The notes under the pieces are model-generated. The model made no database searches and was not told the DNA's origin. It was given only the letters and a program-made list of their open reading frames with translations. Made by a program: the position numbers and the translations under genes. A DNA stretch of 39,165 nucleotides from sequence record SRR2962707_2562. One strand, written 5' to 3'. Shown here piece by piece: positions 8,493 through 17,603 of this stretch. The stretch's first letter is position 1. Each line of letters starts with the position of its first letter.

Positions 8493-10184
8493 TTACAGCA
8501 CAGCGCCCTTGTCCACCATGGCCGTGAACGCTTCAGCGCTCAGTGGTTCACTGATCAGAAATCCCTGCACTTCGTCGCAGTCCCGCCATCGAAGAAAGTT
8601 GAGCTGATCTTCCGTCTCAACCCCTTCCGCGACGACGTTCATATCCAGACAATGTCCGACAGCAATGACCGCGGAAGCCAATCCACCACCACCGCCATCC
8701 GGATTGACGATATCGCTGACAAAGGTGGTATCGATTTTGATCCCGTCGAGCGGAAAATTACTGAGATAGCTGAGCGATGCATACCCGGTGCCAAAATCAT
8801 CCGCCGTCAGGTGGACTCCCAGACTGCGAATTTCCCTGAGCGAGCGGATCACGTCTTCAGCACCTTCCATGACCGCGCTTTCCGTGATTTCCAGTTCTAG
8901 TGAATCCGGTTCAACCCCGGAATCCCGGATGATCCCCATCAAGTCGTCATAAAACGAAGGGCGGGCGATTTCTCGGGCCGAGACGTTGACGGCAATGCGC
9001 AAAAACGGCATGCCACTTTTTTGCCATGCGGCAAGGGTTTCGCAGGCCTGGATGAGCACAATTTTGCCGATCGGGTCGATCAGCCCTGCGTCTTCAGCCA
9101 GAGGGATAAATTCACCCGGCATGATGATGCCGGAATCCGGATCCTGCCAGCGGATCAGGGCTTCCGCCGCGACGATCTCACCCGAGGCCAGCGAGACTTT
9201 CGGCTGATACAAAAGCTGCAGATGCCCGTCATCTATGGCGCGACGCAGTTTGTTTACTCTGGATCTGCGCTCGCGTATCTCCACACCTGTCTGATTGGTA
9301 TAAAACTGGTAGGTGCCGGTTGCAGTACTTTTCGCCAGATCGACAGCCGTCTGGGCGTGACCGATCAGTTCATCCGCATCGTTGCCGCTTTCCGGTGCAA
9401 TGGCGATACCGATACTGGCCGTCAACAGGATCGGATGACGTGCCCCCTTAACCTTGAAGGGTACGGCAATTGCTTCGATCAGACGCTGGGCCACGGCATT
9501 GATCTGTTCATGACTGCGGATATCGGCGATGGCGACAATGAACATATCTTCCTGCAACCGGCCAATGATATTCGAGGCCCGCAGGCTGCGCCCCAGCCGT
9601 TTGGCCGTTTCAATCAGAACTTGATCACCGGTGGCCCGTCCGTGATCGCGATTAACCGCGTCAAACCCGTCAAGATCCACACACAGCAGAGTTACCTGTT
9701 GCTCCCCGTTTCTTGCACTTTGAAGGTCAAGGCCGAGGCGGCGGATCACCAGTTCCCGTCCAGGCAGGTTCGTCAGGGGGTCATATGCCGTTGATGTACT
9801 GTCTATCGGGCCGGTGTTCTGGCCGATCAAGCGCACGATTGCCACCCAGCCGCCAATCCCTCCCGTATTGTCGTAGGCCGGGTACAACTGCATGCGCGCA
9901 ATCCGGCCTGCAAGAACCTCCAGCCTTGCTTCCCAGGCACATCCGTCGGCCATGGCGTCATTAATTCTCGCAGATGCTGCATTCGGTAGAACATCCGCCA
10001 ACCGATTGCCGATCAGTTTGCTCTGATGGACGTTGAGAATTTGTTCCATCCCGGCATTAACCGATGTGATCCGCGCATCGGCATCCAGCGTCGCGCAGGC
10101 ATCTTCCATGAGATGCAAAAGCGCCGTCATGAAAATGGCATCCTGCTCAGGATTTTCAGTGGGCGGTTTGACGGGTGGCGTCAT
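8493..10184 (-). CDS. PAS-GGDEF(degenerate)-EAL protein, probable c-di-GMP phosphodiesterase
   Basis: DPLTNLP, DLDGF..VN..HG...GD, GGDEF position reads QEDMF; EAL domain with YQPK, EALIRW, ELEITES, DDFGTGY, KID, AEGVET, QGF. Confidence 0.9.
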   Translation of the reverse strand: MTPPVKPPTENPEQDAIFMTALLHLMEDACATLDADARITSVNAGMEQILNVHQSKLIGNRLADVLPNAASARINDAMADGCAWEARLEVLAGRIARMQLYPAYDNTGGIGGWVAIVRLIGQNTGPIDSTSTAYDPLTNLPGRELVIRRLGLDLQSARNGEQQVTLLCVDLDGFDAVNRDHGRATGDQVLIETAKRLGRSLRASNIIGRLQEDMFIVAIADIRSHEQINAVAQRLIEAIAVPFKVKGARHPILLTASIGIAIAPESGNDADELIGHAQTAVDLAKSTATGTYQFYTNQTGVEIRERRSRVNKLRRAIDDGHLQLLYQPKVSLASGEIVAAEALIRWQDPDSGIIMPGEFIPLAEDAGLIDPIGKIVLIQACETLAAWQKSGMPFLRIAVNVSAREIARPSFYDDLMGIIRDSGVEPDSLELEITESAVMEGAEDVIRSLREIRSLGVHLTADDFGTGYASLSYLSNFPLDGIKIDTTFVSDIVNPDGGGGGLASAVIAVGHCLDMNVVAEGVETEDQLNFLRWRDCDEVQGFLISEPLSAEAFTAMVDKGAVL

Positions 10185-10358
10185 GCCGGATGACCTCTTT
10201 TATCGTTTTGCGAGAGGGTAAGGCTTAAATCAGCAAAAACAAGCTTATGCACTCGCCGGATCCAGGAACATGTGCATAATTCTGCAGCTTTTTGCAGGCG
10301 CGTGCGACTTGAAGAAATCCGCCTCACGTGCCAGCTTATCTGTCAGGAGTTTTTTAGA

Positions 10359-10691
10359 ATGTCCATACGTCGACACCATGATATGGGCGGCCTTGATGCC
10401 GGTCCCGTCGAGCCCAGCGAGCATGATTTCGCCATGTGGGAAAAGCGCGTCGATGCCATCGTCAAAGTGCTGTCGACACCGGACCGCAAGCTGCTCTCAA
10501 CCGATGAATTGCGCCGCGGCATCGAAGAACTCGGCCCCGGTGTCTATGACGACCTCAGCTATTATGAACGCTGGATTTCATCCGCAACCAATCTGCTTCT
10601 TGAGAAAGGCGTATTCACGGTCGACGAACTGGGTACCAAGATGACCGAGGTCGAGGCCCGTTGGACCCGTGAACGCGAGGATGCATCATGA
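10359..10691 (+). CDS. Nitrile hydratase beta N-terminal half / thiocyanate hydrolase ScnB-like subunit
   Basis: HDMGG, WEKR, DELRR.IE.L, Y..LSYYERW, L.EKGV....EL; ATG at 10359 after AGGAG. Confidence 0.85.
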   Translation: MSIRRHHDMGGLDAGPVEPSEHDFAMWEKRVDAIVKVLSTPDRKLLSTDELRRGIEELGPGVYDDLSYYERWISSATNLLLEKGVFTVDELGTKMTEVEARWTREREDAS

Positions 10692-10978
10692 CAACCGGGC
10701 GATACCATCCGGGCGACAGGGTCCGTGTCCGCGATGCCTACCCACCGGGTCACGTACGGACCCCTTATTTCGTCCGCGGCCAGCAGGGCGAGGTTCAGGA
10801 ATACGCCGGCAGCTACCCCAACCCCGAGGAATTAGCCTACGGACGCGACGGCAAGCCGGAGATTCCGCTCTACAGGGTATGCTTCCGTCAATCCGATGTC
10901 TGGGACGGCTATAAAGGTCCGTCAGCGGACACCATCGTCATCGATATCTATGAACACTGGCTGGAGCCCGCGCAATGA
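10688..10978 (+). CDS. Nitrile hydratase beta C-terminal SH3-like half / ScnA-like subunit
   Basis: GDRVRV....P.GH.RTP..VRG..G.V, PE..AYG, LYRV.F....W, D.YEHWLEPA; ATGA overlap with the upstream gene. Confidence 0.85.
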   Translation: MTTGRYHPGDRVRVRDAYPPGHVRTPYFVRGQQGEVQEYAGSYPNPEELAYGRDGKPEIPLYRVCFRQSDVWDGYKGPSADTIVIDIYEHWLEPAQ

Positions 10979-11625
10979 GCCACGATCACGAGCATGGGCA
11001 CGATCATGACGATGATCATCCATACCAGCCGGACATCGAGGATTTCCCTTTTACCGAACGCATGGTGATGACCCAGGCAGTCGCCGAGCTGATCGTCGAA
11101 AAAGGCATTGTCACCGCCGATGAATTGCGCCGTCAGATCGAACTGATGGACAGCCGCGAACCGGGTCTGGGCGCAAAACTTGTGGCCAAGACATGGGTCG
11201 ATTCCGCCTACAAGGAACGCGTGCTGGACGACGTCGGCAGTGCCGCCGCGGAGATCGGTATCGACATCGGTGATATCCCGATCAAGGCCATCGAGAACAC
11301 GGACAAGGTTCATAACGTCGTCGTCTGCACTTTATGTTCCTGTTATCCGCGCATGCTGATCGGGCTGCCACCGGACTGGTACAAGTCCCGCGCTTATCGA
11401 AGCCGTACCGTCAAGGAACCGCGAAAAGTACTCGAAGAGTTCGGCACGCACATCCCGGACGACGTCGAAGTCAGGGTTCATGACTCGACCGCCGATCTCC
11501 GCTATATCGTGCTGCCGTCCCGCCCTGCAGGTACAGAGGGCTGGGATGAGGAAAAACTCGCTAGCCTGATCACCCGCGACAGCATGGTCGGCGTGACCAC
11601 CGCCAAGTCGCCTGACGTTTCTTGA
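10975..11625 (+). CDS. Cobalt-type nitrile hydratase alpha / thiocyanate hydrolase gamma (ScnC-like) subunit
   Basis: Metal-binding VCTLCSCY (Thr indicates Co-type), GAK.VAK.W.D, GLPP.WYKS..YRSR.V.EPR.VL.EFG, DS.A..RY.VLP.RP.GTEGW; ATGA overlap. Confidence 0.93.
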   Translation: MSHDHEHGHDHDDDHPYQPDIEDFPFTERMVMTQAVAELIVEKGIVTADELRRQIELMDSREPGLGAKLVAKTWVDSAYKERVLDDVGSAAAEIGIDIGDIPIKAIENTDKVHNVVVCTLCSCYPRMLIGLPPDWYKSRAYRSRTVKEPRKVLEEFGTHIPDDVEVRVHDSTADLRYIVLPSRPAGTEGWDEEKLASLITRDSMVGVTTAKSPDVS

Positions 11626-11663
11626 ACGCGCTCATATAAGCGCAAAACCAACAAGAGGACCTG

Positions 11664-12845
11664 ATGCCCAACAAGCCTGAATTCCAGTGGGAAGACCCGT
11701 TCCTGTTCGAAACCCAGTTGAGCGAAGAAGAACGTATGGTTCGCGATACAGCTCGCGATTATGCACAGGACAAGCTTATGCCGCGCGTGCTGGAAGCATA
11801 CCGGAACGAGCACTTCGATACGGAAATCATGAAGGAATTCGGCGAACTGGGTCTACTTGGCCCGACGATCCCGGAAGAATACGGCGGCGCCGGCGTGAGC
11901 AATGTCTGTTACGGACTAATTGCCCGGGAAGTGGAGCGCGTCGACAGCGGATACCGCTCGGCACTCAGCGTTCAGTCGTCGCTGGTCATGCACCCGATCA
12001 ATGCCTATGGCAGCGAAGAACAGAAACAGAAATATTTGCCAAAACTGGCAACCGGTGAGCTGATCGGTTGTTTTGGCCTGACCGAGCCCGATTTCGGTTC
12101 CGATCCGGGTGGGATGAAGACCCGTGCCGAGAAGATCGACGGCGGCTACAAATTGAGCGGCTCGAAGATGTGGATCTCTAATGCTCCTGTTGCCGATGTC
12201 TTCATTATCTGGGCCAAGCTCGATGACAAGATCCGCGGCTTCATCCTGGAAAAAGGCATGAAAGGCCTTTCCACCAACAAGATCGAAGGCAAGCTGTCGC
12301 TTCGAGCTTCGATCACCGGTGATATTTCAATGGATGGTGTCGAAGTCGGTGAAGATGCCTTGCTTCCTAATGTATCCGGTCTGTCCGGCCCGTTCGGATG
12401 CCTGAACAAGGCACGCTTCGGGATCGCCTGGGGGGCGCTTGGGGCCGCAGAATTCTGCTGGCACGCTGCCCGCGCCTACACGCTTGAACGCAAACAGTTC
12501 GGACGTCCGCTGGCGAACAACCAGTTGATTCAGAAAAAGCTCGCCGACATGCAGACGGAAATCACCCTCGGCCTGCAAGCCGTGCTGCGCGTCGGACGCC
12601 TGCTTGATGACGACAATTGCCCGCCGGAGAACATTTCGATGATCAAACGGAACTCGACCGGCAAGGCACTCGACATCGCACGCATGTCCCGTGACATGCA
12701 TGGTGGCAACGGGATTGCTGACGAGTATCATGTGATGCGTCATATGCTGAACCTTGAAACGGTCAACACATATGAAGGCACACACGACATTCATGCACTT
12801 ATCCTGGGCCGTGCACAGACCGGACTGCAGGCCTTCACCGGCTGA
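11664..12845 (+). CDS. gcdH: Glutaryl-CoA dehydrogenase
   Basis: [71 protein letters not shown]. Confidence 0.92.
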   Translation: MPNKPEFQWEDPFLFETQLSEEERMVRDTARDYAQDKLMPRVLEAYRNEHFDTEIMKEFGELGLLGPTIPEEYGGAGVSNVCYGLIAREVERVDSGYRSALSVQSSLVMHPINAYGSEEQKQKYLPKLATGELIGCFGLTEPDFGSDPGGMKTRAEKIDGGYKLSGSKMWISNAPVADVFIIWAKLDDKIRGFILEKGMKGLSTNKIEGKLSLRASITGDISMDGVEVGEDALLPNVSGLSGPFGCLNKARFGIAWGALGAAEFCWHAARAYTLERKQFGRPLANNQLIQKKLADMQTEITLGLQAVLRVGRLLDDDNCPPENISMIKRNSTGKALDIARMSRDMHGGNGIADEYHVMRHMLNLETVNTYEGTHDIHALILGRAQTGLQAFTG

Positions 12846-12886
12846 CAATATTCAGTCCGGATAACCCACGGGATAGAGAGCGGCGT

Positions 12887-13618
12887 ATGGGGACCCAGAT
12901 GCAACTCGATGTCATATTCGATACTGTCTGTCCGTGGTGTTATATCGGCAAGCGTCGGCTTGAGCGTGCCCTCACACTCAGGCCGAATGCCAATGTCCAG
13001 ATCAGATGGCGCCCGTTCATGCTCAACCCGGACATGCCGGCTGGCGGCATTGACCGTACTGCCTATCTGATCAAGAAATTCGGCAGCGAAACCAGAGTTC
13101 GCCGGGTATATGGTGCGATCGGTGATGCCGGCCATTCGGTCGAGATCGCATTTGCGTTCGACCGTATACAGCGCACCCCGAATTCCGTTGCTTCGCATCG
13201 GCTGATCCGGCACGCAGCCCGCTCCATCAATGTCTCACCGCTGGTCGAGCGCCTGTTCGAAGCATACTTCATCAATGGCGAGGATATCGGGGACATAAAT
13301 ACGTTGGTTGATATCGGGGTTTCGTTCGGTCTTCAGAAGGATCAGCTCCAACGCTACCTCGAAAGCGACACCGATATCGCTGAGATTTACGAAGAAAATG
13401 CCCGGGCGCACAGGCTGGGCATCAATGGCGTGCCCGCCTTTTCTTTCGAGGGCAACATGGTCATATCGGGCGCACAGGAACCGGAAGTGCTGGTCAGGGT
13501 GCTGGATGCGGCGAAGGCCGGGCTTGATGTGGAATTGCGTCTCAATGATCCAATGAGCGAACCCCTGAACGACCCAATCAGCGAAACGGACATTCTGATT
13601 GGGAGGGGCGGTCAGTGA
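12887..13618 (+). CDS. DsbA-family (FrnE-like) thiol oxidoreductase
   Basis: D.VCPWCYIGKRRL, WRPF.LNPDMP, GI.GVP.F, SGAQ. Confidence 0.88.
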   Translation: MGTQMQLDVIFDTVCPWCYIGKRRLERALTLRPNANVQIRWRPFMLNPDMPAGGIDRTAYLIKKFGSETRVRRVYGAIGDAGHSVEIAFAFDRIQRTPNSVASHRLIRHAARSINVSPLVERLFEAYFINGEDIGDINTLVDIGVSFGLQKDQLQRYLESDTDIAEIYEENARAHRLGINGVPAFSFEGNMVISGAQEPEVLVRVLDAAKAGLDVELRLNDPMSEPLNDPISETDILIGRGGQ

Positions 13619-14139
13619 CCAGCGCACTTCATCAACTTACGATGAGTTACGTACCAGAACAGGACCGCATCCTGTTCCGTCTGTCCACGAAAGACAAAAA
13701 GGAATACCGGCTATTTCTGACGCGCCGGTTTATTCAGGTTTTGTGGGGGGCGCTTAAACAGAGCTTCGAGAAAGATCAGGAACTCGCCAAATACGTCGAC
13801 AAGGGCGTGCAGGACGCCGTGCTCGGCATGAAACATCAGGAAGCCCTGCAAAGTACGGACTTCGATACACCTGCTGTTTCAGATGCTGTCGATACAACGT
13901 CGAACAGCGGCCCGCTGCTTGTAGTCGGCGGAAAAATTCATCCGGGTGAAAAGATTACGGGTGTTTCCTTCAAAACGATCGACGGTTCGGATATTCGCTT
14001 CAATCTGAATGAACAACTGATGCACGCTTTTTGCCATTTGATCGTCACGACATCCCTTAAAGCGGACTGGAAACTCAACCTGTCACTGGGTGAAGGCAGC
14101 AATGTTGTCGTCCCTGCAGGCGAAGCCGTGGTGCATTAA
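13615..14139 (+). CDS. Hypothetical protein
   Basis: 174-aa ORF with GTGA overlap to the DsbA gene and plausible globular composition; no motif confidently recognised. Confidence 0.7.
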   Translation: MTSALHQLTMSYVPEQDRILFRLSTKDKKEYRLFLTRRFIQVLWGALKQSFEKDQELAKYVDKGVQDAVLGMKHQEALQSTDFDTPAVSDAVDTTSNSGPLLVVGGKIHPGEKITGVSFKTIDGSDIRFNLNEQLMHAFCHLIVTTSLKADWKLNLSLGEGSNVVVPAGEAVVH

Positions 14140-14215
14140 ACACGTCATCTCCATTTTTTGGATGATATGCTAACGTGCTGACTGTTGATCTCTTAAATGC
14201 AGAAGGATCGAGCAC

Positions 14216-15583
14216 TTGAACAAATCGCTGCTGTATCATGCCGCCATCATCACGATGGCGGTGCTGGCGCAGCCATCAGTAGCGCTCGAACGCGGGTTTA
14301 TTGATAAATTCTGCATCTCCCCGCCTCATTCCTCACTATGCCCGCAACTGCCCTTCGATCAGGCGGATTTTTCCAGCGACTTTAACTACATGCTGATCGA
14401 GAAAGGAGCACAGGACCCTTTCGACGTCTTTTCATGGCAGGCAATGGTGGCTCTGAACTGGCCTGCGGATGAATCAGGATTGCCAATGGAATCGGCAATC
14501 GGCTCAAAGCCTGACAAGCCTCGCGTCTGGCAGTCATATGCTAGGCGTGATGCATTATTTCCACCCGATCTGGCCCTGCAATCCTGTGGAAAGTTCCTAG
14601 ATAAGGACACCATTCTGATCAGGGATCTGGTGCAATCGGATGACAATGTCCTTATTGATCAAAACGGCAATCCCGTCGTCTACAGCACGTATGCCAACAA
14701 GGTCGCGGAAAATTTTATTCGCACGAATAATCTGAACACGGCAAAAGGCCAGGACCTGTTTACCGAGAAGCAAGCGATCAGTTTTCCTCAGGGCCGGCTG
14801 ACGAACCTGGAAACCTCAACCCCTGCTGCAGAGCCGTCGTTAACCCTCAAGATGGCCTGGCGGTTGTTGCCTGATAACTTCGCCGAAAACAGTCGATTTT
14901 TTACACGCTCGGGGCTGGTCTTCATTCCCGCCACCCGGACTGGGAACGGCAAACCTGTATGCCACAAAGCAACACTGGGACTAGTCGGAATGCACATAGC
15001 CATGCGCACCCTAAGCGGCCACGGGAATGAATGGATCTGGTCGACTTTTGAACACAGTGATAATGCACCCGAGGCAAGCAACGCTCGGAACGTGAACAGC
15101 ATTTATGCCGATGACCTGTTTCCGGGTGGGTGCGCCATGCCCACGTCAAAGCCAGAAAAACTTTATTCCTTCTATGACCCGGATTGCGAAGCGTGCACCA
15201 CGAACACCCCAGTTTCCAAGACATGGCATTGGTATGAAACGGCACCTCATGCACGTGACATGACAGGTAAAACAATTAAAGGCACCCAAGCCGTAAGGTG
15301 TTGGGAAATCTTTCAGAGCACGGCAGAGGTTAATAAAGCCTGGGCCGAAAAACTGCAGGGAACCGTCTGGGCAAATTACAAACTCATTTCGACACAGTGG
15401 CGGGCGACCGACAAAAGCCCGATTTTTGAGAATGGCGAAGTCCCAAGGTTTCTGACCAATCTGACGCTGGAAAGTTTTCAGCAGACGGCTAATAACGGAA
15501 CGTGTCTTGGATGCCATACAACGGCGCGTACCGCGTCGGGGCTGCCGGCAGATTTCGTCTTCATGTTGCAGCGGGCAAAATAA
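14216..15583 (+). CDS. Secreted uncharacterised protein with a C-terminal CxxCH (putative c-type cytochrome)
   Basis: Signal-peptide-like N-terminus (TTG start after AAGGA), CLGCH about 20 aa from the C-terminus, extra CEAC, Trp-rich blocks (ALNWP, WIWSTFEH, STQW). Confidence 0.7.
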   Translation: MNKSLLYHAAIITMAVLAQPSVALERGFIDKFCISPPHSSLCPQLPFDQADFSSDFNYMLIEKGAQDPFDVFSWQAMVALNWPADESGLPMESAIGSKPDKPRVWQSYARRDALFPPDLALQSCGKFLDKDTILIRDLVQSDDNVLIDQNGNPVVYSTYANKVAENFIRTNNLNTAKGQDLFTEKQAISFPQGRLTNLETSTPAAEPSLTLKMAWRLLPDNFAENSRFFTRSGLVFIPATRTGNGKPVCHKATLGLVGMHIAMRTLSGHGNEWIWSTFEHSDNAPEASNARNVNSIYADDLFPGGCAMPTSKPEKLYSFYDPDCEACTTNTPVSKTWHWYETAPHARDMTGKTIKGTQAVRCWEIFQSTAEVNKAWAEKLQGTVWANYKLISTQWRATDKSPIFENGEVPRFLTNLTLESFQQTANNGTCLGCHTTARTASGLPADFVFMLQRAK

Positions 15584-15594
15584 GGAAAACATAT

Positions 15595-16152
15595 ATGGCA
15601 AAGCTCAACAGGAAATGCCGAACAGGTACGTTGCTCTTCCTCGTCGCGAGCCTGTTTTCTCTCACAGCCGAGGCTGCCGATTTCAGCTGCAACCTGACTT
15701 TTGATCTTGTTGCCGGCAATGCACTTGGTTCCGTCAAACCCGGTGATCTGCTGAAAGGCCGTGTCACGTTTGATACCCGGAGTTCGTGGCAGCAGGACGT
15801 TGAAACCCTGTCCTATAAATCCGAGGGCGATATTGTTGTTACGCATCCAAGCGAGGGGAACGTCCATGCCAAGGTCAGGGTCGTTCATGTCGTCCGCACA
15901 CCCTATATCGCAGATTACATTTCCATTGATGCCCATCTGGCAGAGGGGAATCTTGGTGGGGAAACCCGCTATGAAGACCCAATGCTTATTACCTTTTACG
16001 CGCCACCGTTAACACTCGCGACGTCGGACATTCCGAAAACCTCAGCCGATTGGTCGCAATTGACGAAACGCCGCGTCTTTCAGGTTCATACGCCAGATGC
16101 GATGGCGACTTTCTACGGCGATTTCAATAATCTGGCTGGCGATTGCAGATAG
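15595..16152 (+). CDS. Secreted hypothetical protein
   Basis: ATG at 15595 after AAGGA; basic then hydrophobic signal peptide ending AEA; beta-rich mature part with one Cys near each end. Confidence 0.65.
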   Translation: MAKLNRKCRTGTLLFLVASLFSLTAEAADFSCNLTFDLVAGNALGSVKPGDLLKGRVTFDTRSSWQQDVETLSYKSEGDIVVTHPSEGNVHAKVRVVHVVRTPYIADYISIDAHLAEGNLGGETRYEDPMLITFYAPPLTLATSDIPKTSADWSQLTKRRVFQVHTPDAMATFYGDFNNLAGDCR

Positions 16153-16830
16153 CTATTCCGCATTTTCAAGGCAGGACACAATAGCCCGTGTCGAAGCGTC
16201 GATATGTCGGCGCAGGAAAACCGCGGCCTGCTCACCCTTCCCTGCCTTCATCAGCCGCAGCAGCTTGCGGTGATCTTCCAGCGAGGCCGGGGCATGATCC
16301 GTGTGTTTCCACATATACCCAAGATATTGCACATAGCGGGCGCGTAGACGCTGCACTACTTCCAGCGTAATCGGCTGTCTGGCGGGGCGGTATACCGCCA
16401 GATGAAATGCATCATCGGCGGCGAGTTTTTCAACGATGGTTGTCGAGGATGCCGTTGCCGTGATCGCAGCCAAGGCAGCGTCTTCGTCGGACTTCGTGAA
16501 ATGCCCGGCAGCACGCATTACAAGATCTGTCTCGATCAAAATCCGAAGTGAGGCTATCTCCAACGCATGCGACTTACGGAGTTCCGCAACACGTACACCC
16601 CTGTTCGTGTGATACTCGACCAGTTCTTCAGATGCCAATTGGCCAAGGGCTTCGCGCACCGGCGCCTGACTGACACCGTAGCGGGACGCGAGGTGACTTT
16701 GCCGGATCGCTGTGCCGGGCGCCAATTCAGCGGAGACAATCTCGCCGCGTAATTTTTCGGCAATCTGCTCGGCAATGGTCCGAACCGGCGGATATTCGTT
16801 TTCAATCATGGCAGGGCTGGTTCGCGACAT
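16153..16830 (-). CDS. GntR-family (FCD-type) transcriptional regulator
   Basis: LR.EI....L.PG, LA.RYGVS..PVREAL..L, D.AFH, EDH, HI; start may be a later ATG at 16809. Confidence 0.9.
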   Translation of the reverse strand: MSRTSPAMIENEYPPVRTIAEQIAEKLRGEIVSAELAPGTAIRQSHLASRYGVSQAPVREALGQLASEELVEYHTNRGVRVAELRKSHALEIASLRILIETDLVMRAAGHFTKSDEDAALAAITATASSTTIVEKLAADDAFHLAVYRPARQPITLEVVQRLRARYVQYLGYMWKHTDHAPASLEDHRKLLRLMKAGKGEQAAVFLRRHIDASTRAIVSCLENAE

Positions 16831-16856
16831 GGGCTTGACTCCAACTCAAGGAATCA

Positions 16857-16883
16857 CAATATTATCGATTATCGATAATATTG
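16857..16883. promoter_or_regulatory. Perfect palindromic operator in the GntR/HAD divergent promoter
   Basis: CAATATTATCGAT-T-ATCGATAATATTG: 13-bp perfect inverted repeat with a 1-nt spacer. Confidence 0.75.
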
Positions 16884-16898
16884 CAAGAGGACAGCACG

Positions 16899-17603
16899 AT
16901 GCAGGCCGCCGATTATGATGCCATTACATTTGATGTTTACGGGACACTGATAGATTGGGAACCAACCATTCTGGACACCCTGGAAGACTGGGCCAGCCGA
17001 AATAATGTCAAAACGGCACGTACCGACTTGCTGGATGCTTTTGACCGCGCCCGCGCGCATTACCAGACGCTAACTCCCTGCCGGGACTATCCGCGCGTTC
17101 TGCGATCTGCATTTGCCTATATTGCTGATGAATACGGGATAGCGCCGGAAGCGCGCGAACAGGACGCCTTCGGTCATTCGGTCGGGGATTGGCCGGCATA
17201 CGAGGACAGCGCGGCTGCCCTCGCCCGTCTTAAAGAGAAATTCATCCTGGGCGCGTTCACCAACATGGACGACGCCTCATTCGCGAAATCACATGCACGG
17301 CTGAATGACTGTTTTGACATCATCGTCACGGCCGAACGGGCCCAGGCCTATAAACCTTCTCTCCGCCATTTCGTTCTGGGTCTGACCGATCTGGCGGCAC
17401 GCCAAATTCCCCCGCATCGCGTATTACATGTCGCACAAAGCCTGCGGGCAGATGTAAGACCGGCGAATTTACTGGGGCAGGATGTGGTCTGGATCAATCG
17501 GACGGGGCGTGGTCTCGGGCATACGGGTTTTGGTGCCGAACTTGCCGTGCCGATGGCGACATTCAACAGCATGGAAGCATTCGTAGAGGCATTTCTGGGA
17601 TAG
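16899..17603 (+). CDS. HAD-superfamily hydrolase, haloacid dehalogenase type II-like
   Basis: FDVYGTLIDWE, TN.D, YKP, LHVAQSL..D..PA..LG...WINR; ATG at 16899 after GAGGA. Confidence 0.88.
   Translation: MQAADYDAITFDVYGTLIDWEPTILDTLEDWASRNNVKTARTDLLDAFDRARAHYQTLTPCRDYPRVLRSAFAYIADEYGIAPEAREQDAFGHSVGDWPAYEDSAAALARLKEKFILGAFTNMDDASFAKSHARLNDCFDIIVTAERAQAYKPSLRHFVLGLTDLAARQIPPHRVLHVAQSLRADVRPANLLGQDVVWINRTGRGLGHTGFGAELAVPMATFNSMEAFVEAFLG

Noticed and set aside
10359-10978. Frameshifted or pseudogenised NHase beta gene
   Set aside because: Both halves have their own ribosome-binding site, clean ATGA coupling and intact motifs, matching the known split architecture.
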